Origin: a virus
Taxonomy: Duplodnaviria > Caudoviricetes
Reading direction: 5' to 3' (one strand)
Length of the DNA stretch: 50,805 bases
IMG/VR virus record: IMGVR_UViG_3300032243_002043
Coordinates: 1-50,805 of that record
In this document: in pieces, positions 9,276 through 18,646 of the stretch
Layout: each line of letters opens with the position of its first letter
How positions within the stretch are numbered: the stretch's first letter is position 1
Program-made: the position numbers and the translations under genes
The notes under the pieces: generated by a model
What the model was told of the DNA's origin: nothing
What the model saw: the letters and a program-made list of their open reading frames with translations, nothing else
Databases searched by the model: none

Positions 9276-10366
9276 GTGATGAATTAATTATTTTGACGCC
9301 AGAACAAGAATTAAAATTACTACAAGAATGGAATAATAGACCGAATAATCCTCCGTCTTTAGCTGAATTAGTAAAAATAGCTTTTAATAGAGATGATTTA
9401 GACGGAAGATCCAAAGAAGGAAAATCCGTTAAACTTTTTTTAGCATCTAGACAAATTAAACCAAAAAAAAGCCATGAATATTCACCGAAAGGATTAATAG
9501 AACTTGCAGATGAGCAAAAAGAATATATAAGTAATAATTGCCATGTAATGACTGGCTTAGAAATGGCTAAAACTATTTTTAAAAATGAATCTTTGACTAA
9601 TTTATCTCAAGAGACAAGGAGCGTTCTCGAATATTTAAAAAATATTCCTTCAAATATAAAATATAAAAATTCTGAGACCGAAGCGATACCAACAGAAGAA
9701 TATCGTCCCCCAAAAAGTGAAGAAAGAGCAATCGCAAAAATTAATAAATATATTTTAGAAGGAATAGATAAAAATAAAATAAATTCAAAAATAAAAAAAG
9801 ATATAAATTCTTTGATAGGTTATATGAATACATTCAGATTTTCTCATCAAATCAATTTGTATGACGACGAAAAAGATCGGGAACTTTTTGAAAGCAGTTT
9901 TGTTAGATATACTTATGATAAAAATGATTTAACTCAAGAAGAGGTGGATCAATATATAGTATTATCTACAGAGGTCGTAATATCATCTAATATTCAACAA
10001 ACTATTAATGTATTACAAAATCAAATTGATCTAGCAATAGAGGAAGATGGAAAAATTCCAATGACATTAGTAGAGGCAAGCAATACCGCTAGGAAAGAGT
10101 ACAATGATTGCGTAAATCGTCAACAAAAACTATTGAATGATTTAAAGGTGAAAAGGAGCGAAAAATTAAGCAAGCAAGTTAAAGAAAACGCCTCAATATT
10201 AAATCTTGTTCAAATGTGGAAAGAGGAAGAAAGCAGGGTTAAACTAATTAAAATGGCAGAAATGAGAAAACAAGTTATAGAAAAAGAAATAGATAGGCTG
10301 TCTTCCATGGAAGAATTAAAATGTAAAATTTTAGGTATATCTAAAGAAGAAATTTTAAATGGATGA
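9272..10366 (+). CDS. hypothetical helical protein, possible DNA-binding/small-terminase-like packaging factor
   Basis: ATGA-coupled to both neighbours, two genes upstream of TerL. HTH-like N-terminal segments and a coiled-coil C-terminus. Function inferred from position only. Confidence 0.4.
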   Translation: MSDELIILTPEQELKLLQEWNNRPNNPPSLAELVKIAFNRDDLDGRSKEGKSVKLFLASRQIKPKKSHEYSPKGLIELADEQKEYISNNCHVMTGLEMAKTIFKNESLTNLSQETRSVLEYLKNIPSNIKYKNSETEAIPTEEYRPPKSEERAIAKINKYILEGIDKNKINSKIKKDINSLIGYMNTFRFSHQINLYDDEKDRELFESSFVRYTYDKNDLTQEEVDQYIVLSTEVVISSNIQQTINVLQNQIDLAIEEDGKIPMTLVEASNTARKEYNDCVNRQQKLLNDLKVKRSEKLSKQVKENASILNLVQMWKEEESRVKLIKMAEMRKQVIEKEIDRLSSMEELKCKILGISKEEILNG

Positions 10367-11298
10367 GTGTAATTTCCAAAATAGACGGCAAAGAATTTAA
10401 AGATGAGAAGTCTCTTCACTTATCTCTTAAAAACTATGGATTAAGTAAAGAAAAATACTATCACAAATATTTTCCTAAAAAAGATTTATTGACTGGAGAT
10501 GTCATAAACTTTAAAACCAAAGACCAATATTTTAACAGCGATTTTAATCACAAAAATAATATGAAAAAATGGCTGAAAGAACAATCAGTAGAAAAATCTC
10601 AAGAATATTGTCGAGAATTACTGCTTAAAAGAAGAAAAGAAAAAAGTTTAATTTATTCTCCAAGCCAAGTAGAATTAAGAACCATAATGAGCCCATCAAT
10701 TATTTTTTATAATAAAATTTTTTCAAATTATTATGATCTTTGCGCCTCAATTGGTTTAGAAAATAAATTTATACATCCAAAAAATATAGAAAATAATTTT
10801 AATAATAAATTAAAAGAAAATGATACTATTTTTATAGATACCAGAGAACAAAATTGGTTAAAATTTGATAAAAATTTTGAGATAAAAACTTTGCCGTATG
10901 GAGATTATTCATGCAGCAGCAATAATTGTGATTGCTTTATTGAAAGGAAAAGTTTAAGCGACTTTATTAGCACATTAAGTAGCGGAAATTTAGACAGATT
11001 TAAAAATGAAATATCAAAAGCGCAAAATAATAAATCATATCTAGTTATTATTGTGGAAGAAAAATTATCAAACGCCTTATCCTTTAAGCATTTGCCTCAC
11101 ATAAATAAAAAAATAAAAGCAACGCCAGAATTTATTTTTCATAATGTTAGAGAATTAATCCAAAAATTTAATAATATTCAATTTCTTTTCGTCGATGGAA
11201 GGAAAGAGATGAAAAGAGTTATAGAATCTATATTTTCAAGCGATTGTTTTTATCAAAAAATTGATTTGCAATTAGCTTATGACCTAAGAATATTATGA
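10363..11298 (+). CDS. ERCC4 (XPF/Mus81-type) domain endonuclease
   Basis: IFIDTREQ..TLPYGDY..FIERKSLSD matches the GDx(n)ERKx3D signature, followed by RF..E..LVIIVE. Confidence 0.85.
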   Translation: MSVISKIDGKEFKDEKSLHLSLKNYGLSKEKYYHKYFPKKDLLTGDVINFKTKDQYFNSDFNHKNNMKKWLKEQSVEKSQEYCRELLLKRRKEKSLIYSPSQVELRTIMSPSIIFYNKIFSNYYDLCASIGLENKFIHPKNIENNFNNKLKENDTIFIDTREQNWLKFDKNFEIKTLPYGDYSCSSNNCDCFIERKSLSDFISTLSSGNLDRFKNEISKAQNNKSYLVIIVEEKLSNALSFKHLPHINKKIKATPEFIFHNVRELIQKFNNIQFLFVDGRKEMKRVIESIFSSDCFYQKIDLQLAYDLRIL

Positions 11299-13139
11299 TT
11301 ATATCTCCAGATAAATATTTTAAAAAAATAGAAAATACAAATGAGGAGCTTTTAAAATTAAAAGGTTCTTTGACTGATAAAGAATCCAAAATAACATTAG
11401 CAAAGTTTCTTAGGTCTAATATCGGTTTTACAACTGAGCTAATAAGTGGCGTGAAATTAGCTCCTTATCAGGAAATTCACTTGAAAGCTTTTTTTAATCG
11501 TAATTTTAATATGTGTGTTTTTGGTAGAGGCTGTGGCAAAAGTTTTACGGCAGCTGTTTTTTGTTTTTTACAATGCGTATTTGAACCTAATACAAAAATT
11601 TTAATTGCAGGTCCGACTTTTAGAACCGCTAGATTTATATTTAATAATTTAGAAAAAATAGTAAATAGTCCAGGAGCAGAGCTTTTATCCCAATGCTTTG
11701 GTGCAAAAACTAAAAGAAATGATCAATTCGAATGGCAAATAAACGGAGGAAGCATTGTCGCAATTCCCTTGAATGGAGAAAAAATTAGAGGTTTTAGAGC
11801 TAATATATTAGTTCTAGACGAATTTTTATTATTACCAGAAGAAATTATTAAAAATGTTTTGATGCCGTTCTTGGTGGCCCCACAAAATATTAAAGAACGA
11901 ATGGAAATAAGAGAGCTTGAGGATAAGTTAATTTCAGAAGGAGTAATGAAAGAAGAAGACAGAATGATTTTCGAAAATACAAGCAAAATGCTAGCTTTTT
12001 CTTCAGCAAGTTTTACCTTTGAAAATTTATATAAAACATATAATGAATGGACAGAAAAAATTTTAAACAAAGAAAGGGGAGAAGCCACTTATTTTGTAAG
12101 CCAGTTAAGTTATGAAGCTCTTCCCGAGGAAATGATTGACAAGACTATTATTGAGGAAGCTCAAAATGGAGGAGCAAGCCATAGTAGTTTTTTAAGAGAA
12201 TATTGCGCGAGATTTACTGACGGTAGCGACAGTTATTTTAACGCGAAAAAAATGGATAGCTGTACTATAAAAGCAGGAGATACTCCGCACACCTTATTGA
12301 AAGGAGATAAAAACAAAAAATATATTTTAGGCATTGATCCAAATATGAGTGATAGTCCAAATGCGGATTATTTTGCAATGGCAATTTTAGAAATAGATGA
12401 AAAAGAAAAAATTGCGACATTAGTTCACACTTATGCTGGTTTAGGAAATTTAAAAAATCATGTAAATTATATGTTTTATATAATGTCAAATTTCAATATA
12501 GTAATGATAATTTTGGATAATGCTGGAGCAGATGTTTTTTTATCAGCCTGCAATCAGTCTGAAATTTTCAGAAAAAATAATTTAGAAATTAAAAATTTTG
12601 ATTTTGATTCTGATTTAGAAGGGAATGATTACGAAATAATGACGCGTGAAGTTAGAAAAAAATATAATTTACAAGACAAAAAAATTGCTTTTAATCAAGT
12701 ATTTACTTCTAATTTTATCAGAAAAGGTAATGAATATTTACAAGCATGTATAGATTATAAAAAAATATGGTTTGCTAGCAAAACAGCTTCGAATGAAACT
12801 TTTTTCAATGATGTAGTGAATCAAAATATACAAATAGATATGATGCAATCTGAAGACAAAAAAGATTGGACGCTTTTAGATTTTATTGAAAATCAAGATG
12901 ATTTTATATATCAAACAAAAAAACAATGTACTCTTGTGGAGCATTCATCTACTGCGCGAGGTACTCAAACCTTTGATTTACCGCAGCATTTGAAAAGAAG
13001 TAATTCAGCAAATAAAGCTAGAAAAGATAATTATTCAGCGTTGATGTTGGCTAATTGGGGTTTCAAAGTTTATTTAGATATAACTAATCAACCCGAAATT
13101 TTAGAAACTGCAACTTTTTCTCCTATAATGATTAAATAA
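11295..13139 (+). CDS. terL: terminase large subunit
   Basis: LAPYQ (Q motif), GRGCGKS (Walker A), ILVLDE (Walker B), RNase H-like YILGIDP and a C-terminal KDNYSAL. Confidence 0.92.
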   Translation: MIISPDKYFKKIENTNEELLKLKGSLTDKESKITLAKFLRSNIGFTTELISGVKLAPYQEIHLKAFFNRNFNMCVFGRGCGKSFTAAVFCFLQCVFEPNTKILIAGPTFRTARFIFNNLEKIVNSPGAELLSQCFGAKTKRNDQFEWQINGGSIVAIPLNGEKIRGFRANILVLDEFLLLPEEIIKNVLMPFLVAPQNIKERMEIRELEDKLISEGVMKEEDRMIFENTSKMLAFSSASFTFENLYKTYNEWTEKILNKERGEATYFVSQLSYEALPEEMIDKTIIEEAQNGGASHSSFLREYCARFTDGSDSYFNAKKMDSCTIKAGDTPHTLLKGDKNKKYILGIDPNMSDSPNADYFAMAILEIDEKEKIATLVHTYAGLGNLKNHVNYMFYIMSNFNIVMIILDNAGADVFLSACNQSEIFRKNNLEIKNFDFDSDLEGNDYEIMTREVRKKYNLQDKKIAFNQVFTSNFIRKGNEYLQACIDYKKIWFASKTASNETFFNDVVNQNIQIDMMQSEDKKDWTLLDFIENQDDFIYQTKKQCTLVEHSSTARGTQTFDLPQHLKRSNSANKARKDNYSALMLANWGFKVYLDITNQPEILETATFSPIMIK

Positions 13140-13146
13140 GTGTAAT
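13140..13146 (+). promoter_or_regulatory. GTGTAAT candidate late promoter element
   Basis: In the 19-nt terL-portal gap, 12 nt before ATG 13159. Confidence 0.6.
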
Positions 13147-13158
13147 TTATTTTACAAA

Positions 13159-15045
13159 ATGCCTAAAAAAGACGAAAAAATAGATAAAAATAATCAAATT
13201 AAACCCTTAATGGTGTCAGAAGGGTTTAGTGTATCTAAAGCGGCTACTGATTCTGATGTAAAAGTAAGAAGAAATGCGGCTAGCACTATAAACAGAGCAG
13301 ACAGATTTAAAAATATACAAGATGGATTAGTTCCTTTCAAATATTCTTATAATTATAATGCTTCAAATATAGATGTTAGAGAAGCGGTGATTTTATGCCA
13401 AAAAGCTTATTATAATTTTGCTATTTTTAGAAATACGATTGATTTAATGACTGAGTTTTCGTCAAGCAATATTTATTTTAGAGATGGGAGCCAAAAAAGC
13501 AGAGATTTTTTTACTGCATTATTTAAAAAAATTAATGTTTTTGATCTTCAAGATAAATTTTTCAGAGAATATTATAGATCGGGTAATGTTTTTTTATATA
13601 GATTTGATTCAAAAGTTTCTCAGGCGGATGTAAATAAAATTACTCAAACATTTGGTTTAAATCAAACTAGGGCTGCGGTTAATTTGCCATCTAGATATAT
13701 TGTATTAAATCCGGCAGATATACAAATTGCTGGAACAGTAAATTTTTCTACAAGTAAATATTATAAATTAATTAGTGATTACGAAATTGAAAGACTTCGA
13801 AATCCAAAAACAGACGAAGACAGAGAGGTTTTTGAAAGTTTACCTCCCGAAACTCAAAAACTTATAAAACAAAAAGCTATAGGAATTTTGACTTTACCTC
13901 TTGATCCGCAAAAGATTACGGCAGTTTTTTACAAAAAACAAGATTATGAGCCATTCGCTGTACCTATGGGGTTTCCAGTATTAGATGATATTAATTGGAA
14001 ATCTGAAATGAAGAAAATGGATATGGCTGTCACAAGGACAACCCAGCAAGCTATATTATTACTCACAATGGGCGCAGAACCAGAAAAAGGAGGAGTAAAT
14101 CAAAAAAATTTAGAAGCGATGCAAAAACTTTTTGAAAATCAAAGCGTTGGCAGAGTTTTAATTGCTGATTATACAACTAAAGCGCAATTTGTAATTCCAG
14201 AAATTGCTAATTTAATTGGCCCCCAAAAATATGAAGTTGTTGATAGAGATATTCAAATTGGTTTAAATAATATTTTAATTGGGAATGAAAAATTTGCTAA
14301 TCAAAGTATTAAAGTTCAAGTTTTTGTAGAAAGATTAAAGCAGGCTAGGCAATCTTTTATAAATGAATTTTTAATTCCAGAAATCCGCAGAATAAGCAAA
14401 GACTTAGGTTTTAAAAATTTTCCTGTTCCACATTTTGAAGATATAGATCTAAAAGACGACATACAATATTCTAAGGTTTATACTCGTTTAGTCGAATTAG
14501 GCATATTAACTCCGGAAGAAGGTGTTCGAGCTATAGAATCTGGTAGGTTACCAAATAAAGAAGAGTCTGAATCTGCGCAAATTAAATTTAAAGAGTTAAA
14601 AGATAAAGGCCTTTATCAACCTTTAATCGGTGCGCCTAAAGAGCAGTCTGGAAGACCTTCTGGTAGCACAGGAATACCTCAATCTACAAAAAATGTAAAA
14701 CCGATTGGCGAGGGAAAACAATCTAAATCTTCCGAAAACTATAGTTTCAACAAAATAAAAGAAAATTTTATATTGAGTCAAAATTTGGAAAATAAAATTT
14801 CTGATTTGTTGAAAAAAAAGCATGGAATAAAAAAGTTAAACAAAGACCAAAAAGATGTAGCTGAGCAAATAGCTAGAGTGATTATTCAAAATGAGACTCC
14901 CGATAACTGGGCAAATAGCATTGAATCATATATAATAGAACCTATCGATAAAAATTTAAATGTTGTTAACGATATTAACGATATAGCTATCGCTCATCAA
15001 ATCGACTCTCATTTAGCAAGTATTTTATACCATAGCAAAATTTAA
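13159..15045 (+). CDS. portal protein
   Basis: Directly follows terL, 628 aa. Portal-like segments (AIFRNTIDLM, REYYRSGNVF, GFPVLDDI..K) and a low-complexity GRP tail. Confidence 0.8.
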   Translation: MPKKDEKIDKNNQIKPLMVSEGFSVSKAATDSDVKVRRNAASTINRADRFKNIQDGLVPFKYSYNYNASNIDVREAVILCQKAYYNFAIFRNTIDLMTEFSSSNIYFRDGSQKSRDFFTALFKKINVFDLQDKFFREYYRSGNVFLYRFDSKVSQADVNKITQTFGLNQTRAAVNLPSRYIVLNPADIQIAGTVNFSTSKYYKLISDYEIERLRNPKTDEDREVFESLPPETQKLIKQKAIGILTLPLDPQKITAVFYKKQDYEPFAVPMGFPVLDDINWKSEMKKMDMAVTRTTQQAILLLTMGAEPEKGGVNQKNLEAMQKLFENQSVGRVLIADYTTKAQFVIPEIANLIGPQKYEVVDRDIQIGLNNILIGNEKFANQSIKVQVFVERLKQARQSFINEFLIPEIRRISKDLGFKNFPVPHFEDIDLKDDIQYSKVYTRLVELGILTPEEGVRAIESGRLPNKEESESAQIKFKELKDKGLYQPLIGAPKEQSGRPSGSTGIPQSTKNVKPIGEGKQSKSSENYSFNKIKENFILSQNLENKISDLLKKKHGIKKLNKDQKDVAEQIARVIIQNETPDNWANSIESYIIEPIDKNLNVVNDINDIAIAHQIDSHLASILYHSKI

Positions 15046-15048
15046 TTT

Positions 15049-15456
15049 ATGACTAAGATAAGATTAAAACAAATAAACCAAAACGAATTATATAATTACG
15101 TTACAGGAATAGCTTCTTCTTTTATTTCTAATTTACCGTCAGTAAATTTAGATAATCCAATCTATTTAGATTATAATTATAGCAAAAACTCGTCAAATTT
15201 AAACGAAAAATATTTTAACATATTTGATTCTACAGAAAATATTACCGGAAATCTTCCAACAATACAAAATAAAAAGAAATTTTTAATAAAAAATATCAAT
15301 GTAGGAATGTTAACGATTCTCCCATCTGGAAATCAAAAAATAGATGGATTTAATGATTTAAAATTATTAAGCGGTCAATCAGCGGAATTAATAGCAATTT
15401 CTGGAAGTAATTTTACTGGATGGCTTTCAATAGATACCAATGGGGGGTTAAGTTAA
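15049..15456 (+). CDS. putative virion fibre/decoration protein
   Basis: LP..F.IKN...TI.P.G.Q.IDG..L..G.S..L..W pattern typical of small phage fibre beta-domains. Confidence 0.45.
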   Translation: MTKIRLKQINQNELYNYVTGIASSFISNLPSVNLDNPIYLDYNYSKNSSNLNEKYFNIFDSTENITGNLPTIQNKKKFLIKNINVGMLTILPSGNQKIDGFNDLKLLSGQSAELIAISGSNFTGWLSIDTNGGLS

Positions 15457-15459
15457 TTT

Positions 15460-16161
15460 ATGTCATTAATTAATAATTACTATAAACCATCTACGTCTGA
15501 ATTTAGAGGATATTTTCCCGAAGGAGTTTCTGCATTAGTTAATTCGGTTTCTTTTAATTCAAGCGCAAACAATATTTCTAATTATTTGAATAAAATTTTT
15601 TTGCTACCATTTTTTATTAGAAAACCAATAAAAGACTTAAGAATATGCCTTCCTATTATCGACGTTCAAAAAGACGCAAGTAATAATATTCTAGCTGGAA
15701 CCGTCACTTTTGGAATTTATTTGCCCACAGATGAAAATAAGATTAATGGTTCTAAAAAAATATATGAAACTTCTCTATTCAATAGTACAGTTTTGCCTTC
15801 TGCCGCTACACATGTTCTTCAAAATTCTTGGTTTATTCAAGCTGGATGGATTTACCTAGCAATTCTTATCCAAGGAAATGCATTTACCGGAAGAGCTTAT
15901 TCTTCGAACTTAATTCGGTCTATATTAGGGGCTATTCCTTACACAACTTCTGGACAAATTAAAGATATTTCGACTGCATTAAATTCCGATGGAATTTATT
16001 ATGCCGCTTCCAGTTCTTATGCTGTTCAAGTGGCCAAGCTTGGAGATTTAAATTATCCATCTGTTAATAATGACAATTCATATACATCTTTGCCAGGCCA
16101 AATAAATAATTATGTTGAAAAAGCAGCTATACCAATTCCTCTTGTTTATTTAATTTATTAA
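15460..16161 (+). CDS. hypothetical beta-rich virion-associated protein
   Basis: 233-aa ORF in a tightly packed structural operon. Confidence 0.45.
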   Translation: MSLINNYYKPSTSEFRGYFPEGVSALVNSVSFNSSANNISNYLNKIFLLPFFIRKPIKDLRICLPIIDVQKDASNNILAGTVTFGIYLPTDENKINGSKKIYETSLFNSTVLPSAATHVLQNSWFIQAGWIYLAILIQGNAFTGRAYSSNLIRSILGAIPYTTSGQIKDISTALNSDGIYYAASSSYAVQVAKLGDLNYPSVNNDNSYTSLPGQINNYVEKAAIPIPLVYLIY

Positions 16162-16166
16162 AAAAT

Positions 16167-16475
16167 ATGAAAATTATATATTATCAAAATGGTGAAATTA
16201 TTGGCTCTTACGATGACAGGACCTTGGAATCAGAAAAAAATATTAAAATAAATATATTGAGAGAATATACCACTTATTTAATAAGGTCTAAAATAGAACA
16301 GCACGAAGAAATAAACTGTGCTAATGGATTGTATGATAATGAACCAGAAAAAAAGAATTCAATAATTAATTGGCTAATAGAATGCAGAAACTTTTATTTG
16401 CTTAAAAAAGAAGAGATTTTATCTACAAATACTATTGAGAATTTAGACAATATATCTATATCAAAAAATTCTTGA
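16167..16475 (+). CDS. fibre-associated small protein (DUF4376-like)
   Basis: C-terminal KKEEILSTNTIENLDNI resembles the DUF4376 tail. Follows fibre-like genes. Confidence 0.45.
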   Translation: MKIIYYQNGEIIGSYDDRTLESEKNIKINILREYTTYLIRSKIEQHEEINCANGLYDNEPEKKNSIINWLIECRNFYLLKKEEILSTNTIENLDNISISKNS

Positions 16476-16500
16476 TAAACCAAATCCGTTTTTATATAAT
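16472..16500 (+). promoter_or_regulatory. consensus sigma70 promoter upstream of the lysis cassette
   Basis: TTGATA (16472-16477), 17-nt spacer, TATAAT (16495-16500), then ATG at 16513. Confidence 0.7.
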
Positions 16501-16512
16501 AAGATATAACAT

Positions 16513-16836
16513 ATGCTGCAAAATATAATGTTTAAATTCTTGGGTCCGAATTGGAGGACTTCTTCGTCTGGAATAATTACAGTGCTAGCAATTTCAACCG
16601 CATACGTTATAAATCAAGACAATTCACTTGTCGCTTTTTTGCCAGACCAGGTCGAGCAATATATTCTCGGTATATCAAAAATACTTGCGGTTGTTGGAGG
16701 ATTATTTTTCGCTTTAGCTGTAAAAGATAGTCATGTGACAGGTGGCTCCGTACCACAAACTCCAGAAGCTAAATCTAGAGTTGAGAAAATAGAATTAAAT
16801 TTAGCTGAAAAAGCTAGAAAGAAAACAAATGAATAA
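16513..16836 (+). CDS. putative holin
   Basis: 107 aa with two hydrophobic segments, an NWRTS..G motif and a charged C-terminus. First gene of the cluster ending in the endolysin. Confidence 0.6.
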   Translation: MLQNIMFKFLGPNWRTSSSGIITVLAISTAYVINQDNSLVAFLPDQVEQYILGISKILAVVGGLFFALAVKDSHVTGGSVPQTPEAKSRVEKIELNLAEKARKKTNE

Positions 16837-17290
16837 AACGCTAATACTAATTGCATTAAGTAGCGCCATAATAGCTGGATGCGCTACAAATAACCCCGAA
16901 CAAAATAAGGCACCAAACAATGCTCAAACTAATATTGAAAATGCGCTTCCATATGTTAAACCTGCTGTTATTTTAACATGCACCGTTGTTTTAAATCAAG
17001 CTTTGTCGCCAACAGATAGAGTCGAAAAAGCTAAAATGATTAATCATGTAGCTACAGTTATAGAGGCTTTAACCATAGGATCGACTCCCACTCCCGAACA
17101 ATTACAAAAAGCTTTAAGCGATTATTTGCCTACAAATAAAACTCATTGGGCCAACTATGTTTCTGCTATAAAAGATATTTATAGCGATCAATTTAAAAAA
17201 ATAAATAATCAAAATGCTGTTTTGGCAGTCAAAGTATTAAATGCAATTGCTTCAGGATGTAGAGAGGCAACTCTCAATTACGTTGAATAA
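16829..17290 (+). CDS. lipoprotein of unknown function in the lysis cassette
   Basis: Signal peptide MNKTLILIALSSAIIAGC with lipobox IAGC. Confidence 0.7.
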   Translation: MNKTLILIALSSAIIAGCATNNPEQNKAPNNAQTNIENALPYVKPAVILTCTVVLNQALSPTDRVEKAKMINHVATVIEALTIGSTPTPEQLQKALSDYLPTNKTHWANYVSAIKDIYSDQFKKINNQNAVLAVKVLNAIASGCREATLNYVE

Positions 17291-17298
17291 TCTGTAAA

Positions 17299-17499
17299 AT
17301 GCCAACTGGAATTCTACAGGCTATATTTTCGGCAATTTCTGGGATATTTTCTGCCATAAATAATATTTTTGGCGCAAAAAATACTAAAGAAATGAAAGAC
17401 CGCCAAGAAGCGCAAAAAGAAGTCACTTATCAAAGTGAAATAGAGAAAAATATTAAGGAGAAAAATCTTGAAGAAATTCGCAAACGTATTAGCTCTTAA
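17299..17499 (+). CDS. putative i-spanin-like protein
   Basis: Hydrophobic/amphipathic N-terminal helix followed by a charged coiled coil. Its 3' end overlaps a lipoprotein gene. Confidence 0.5.
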   Translation: MPTGILQAIFSAISGIFSAINNIFGAKNTKEMKDRQEAQKEVTYQSEIEKNIKEKNLEEIRKRISS

Positions 17500-17884
17500 T
17501 TTTTTTTTAATAAGTTGTGCCACTGTTACTCCTAATAAAATAGAAGATGATAAATCGTCTTATGACGCTTCTACTCCGAAAGAATACGAAAAAGATAACG
17601 GTGGATTAATATCTTTCGTTGGAGATAGCGCTTTAATAACTATTCAAGCTCGGGATAGATATAATAATTTGATTGAAATGTATAAAATTAAATTTAAAAA
17701 AGAAAAAGCAATAGAGCTAAATAAAGATTCTGGAATAAAACCATATAAAGATAGTTTCGGAAACGAATTGTATCTTATTGATAGCGAACATCTTGTTTAT
17801 TTTGGCGTTTTAAATAGTTGGCTAAAAGAAAAAGTCTCGCAGGATAATATCATTGATAAAACAATAGATAAGATCAGTAATTAA
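17468..17884 (+). CDS. putative o-spanin-like lipoprotein
   Basis: TTG start, MKKFANVLALNFFLISC lipobox. Overlaps the preceding gene by 32 nt in another frame. Confidence 0.55.
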   Translation: MKKFANVLALNFFLISCATVTPNKIEDDKSSYDASTPKEYEKDNGGLISFVGDSALITIQARDRYNNLIEMYKIKFKKEKAIELNKDSGIKPYKDSFGNELYLIDSEHLVYFGVLNSWLKEKVSQDNIIDKTIDKISN

Positions 17885-17891
17885 ATAAAAA

Positions 17892-18593
17892 ATGTTAAAT
17901 AAAAAGTCTTTAGATTTGATACTAGAATTTGAAGTTGGTGGCGGAGAAAATTATTACAATAAATTTTTAAAAAGTCCAACCTGGCCAGGAGAGCAAAGTG
18001 GAGTTACAATTGGAATTGGCTATGATTGTGGATACGTTAACAAAACTGAATTTAGCAATGATTGGAAAGATCTATCTCAAAAAGATTTTGATAAATTATA
18101 TAAAACAGTAGGATTAAAGAGTATATCGGCAAAAGATGTTATTAGAAATTTAAAAGACGTAGTTATTCCTTGGGATTTAGCTTTAAAAGTTTTCAATCAA
18201 AAAACTGTTTCTAAATTTTGGAGCTTAACTCAAAAAACTTTTCCTAATTTTGATAAATTGCCAGAAGATGCTAAAGGTGGATTAGTTAGCTTAGTATTTA
18301 ATCGAGGCGCATCTTTAGATGGCGACAGAAGAAAAGAAATGAAAAGAATTAGAGATATAATGTCAAATTGTAATTCATTTAATATGGATACATTATCTCA
18401 AATTGCCTATTTGATAAGAAATATGAAAAGGATTTGGGCTGGAGGCAGCATAGAGAAAGGGATGTCTAGAAGAAGAGATGCCGAGGCTAATCTAATAGAA
18501 AATTCATTAAAAAATCAAGAAGAACAATGCTCGAAAAAATGTCTTGTACATGGGATGTATATTTCGATGCCCTGCGAAAATGATTGTCCATAG
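17892..18593 (+). CDS. endolysin, lysozyme-fold muramidase (pesticin-C/GH24-like)
   Basis: LILEFE..SGVTIGIGYD (catalytic Glu region), LVSLVFNRG, RRRDAEA. Confidence 0.85.
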   Translation: MLNKKSLDLILEFEVGGGENYYNKFLKSPTWPGEQSGVTIGIGYDCGYVNKTEFSNDWKDLSQKDFDKLYKTVGLKSISAKDVIRNLKDVVIPWDLALKVFNQKTVSKFWSLTQKTFPNFDKLPEDAKGGLVSLVFNRGASLDGDRRKEMKRIRDIMSNCNSFNMDTLSQIAYLIRNMKRIWAGGSIEKGMSRRRDAEANLIENSLKNQEEQCSKKCLVHGMYISMPCENDCP

Positions 18594-18646
18594 AAAAATT
18601 AAATTATAATTTTTATATATTTAAGTGTATTATATATATAGATATT

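Noticed and set aside
57-18646. Longest-ORF starts at 57, 782, 8553 and 18584
   Set aside because: Downstream ATGs (99, 896, 8589, 18647) fit stop-start coupling, paralog alignment or promoter spacing better.
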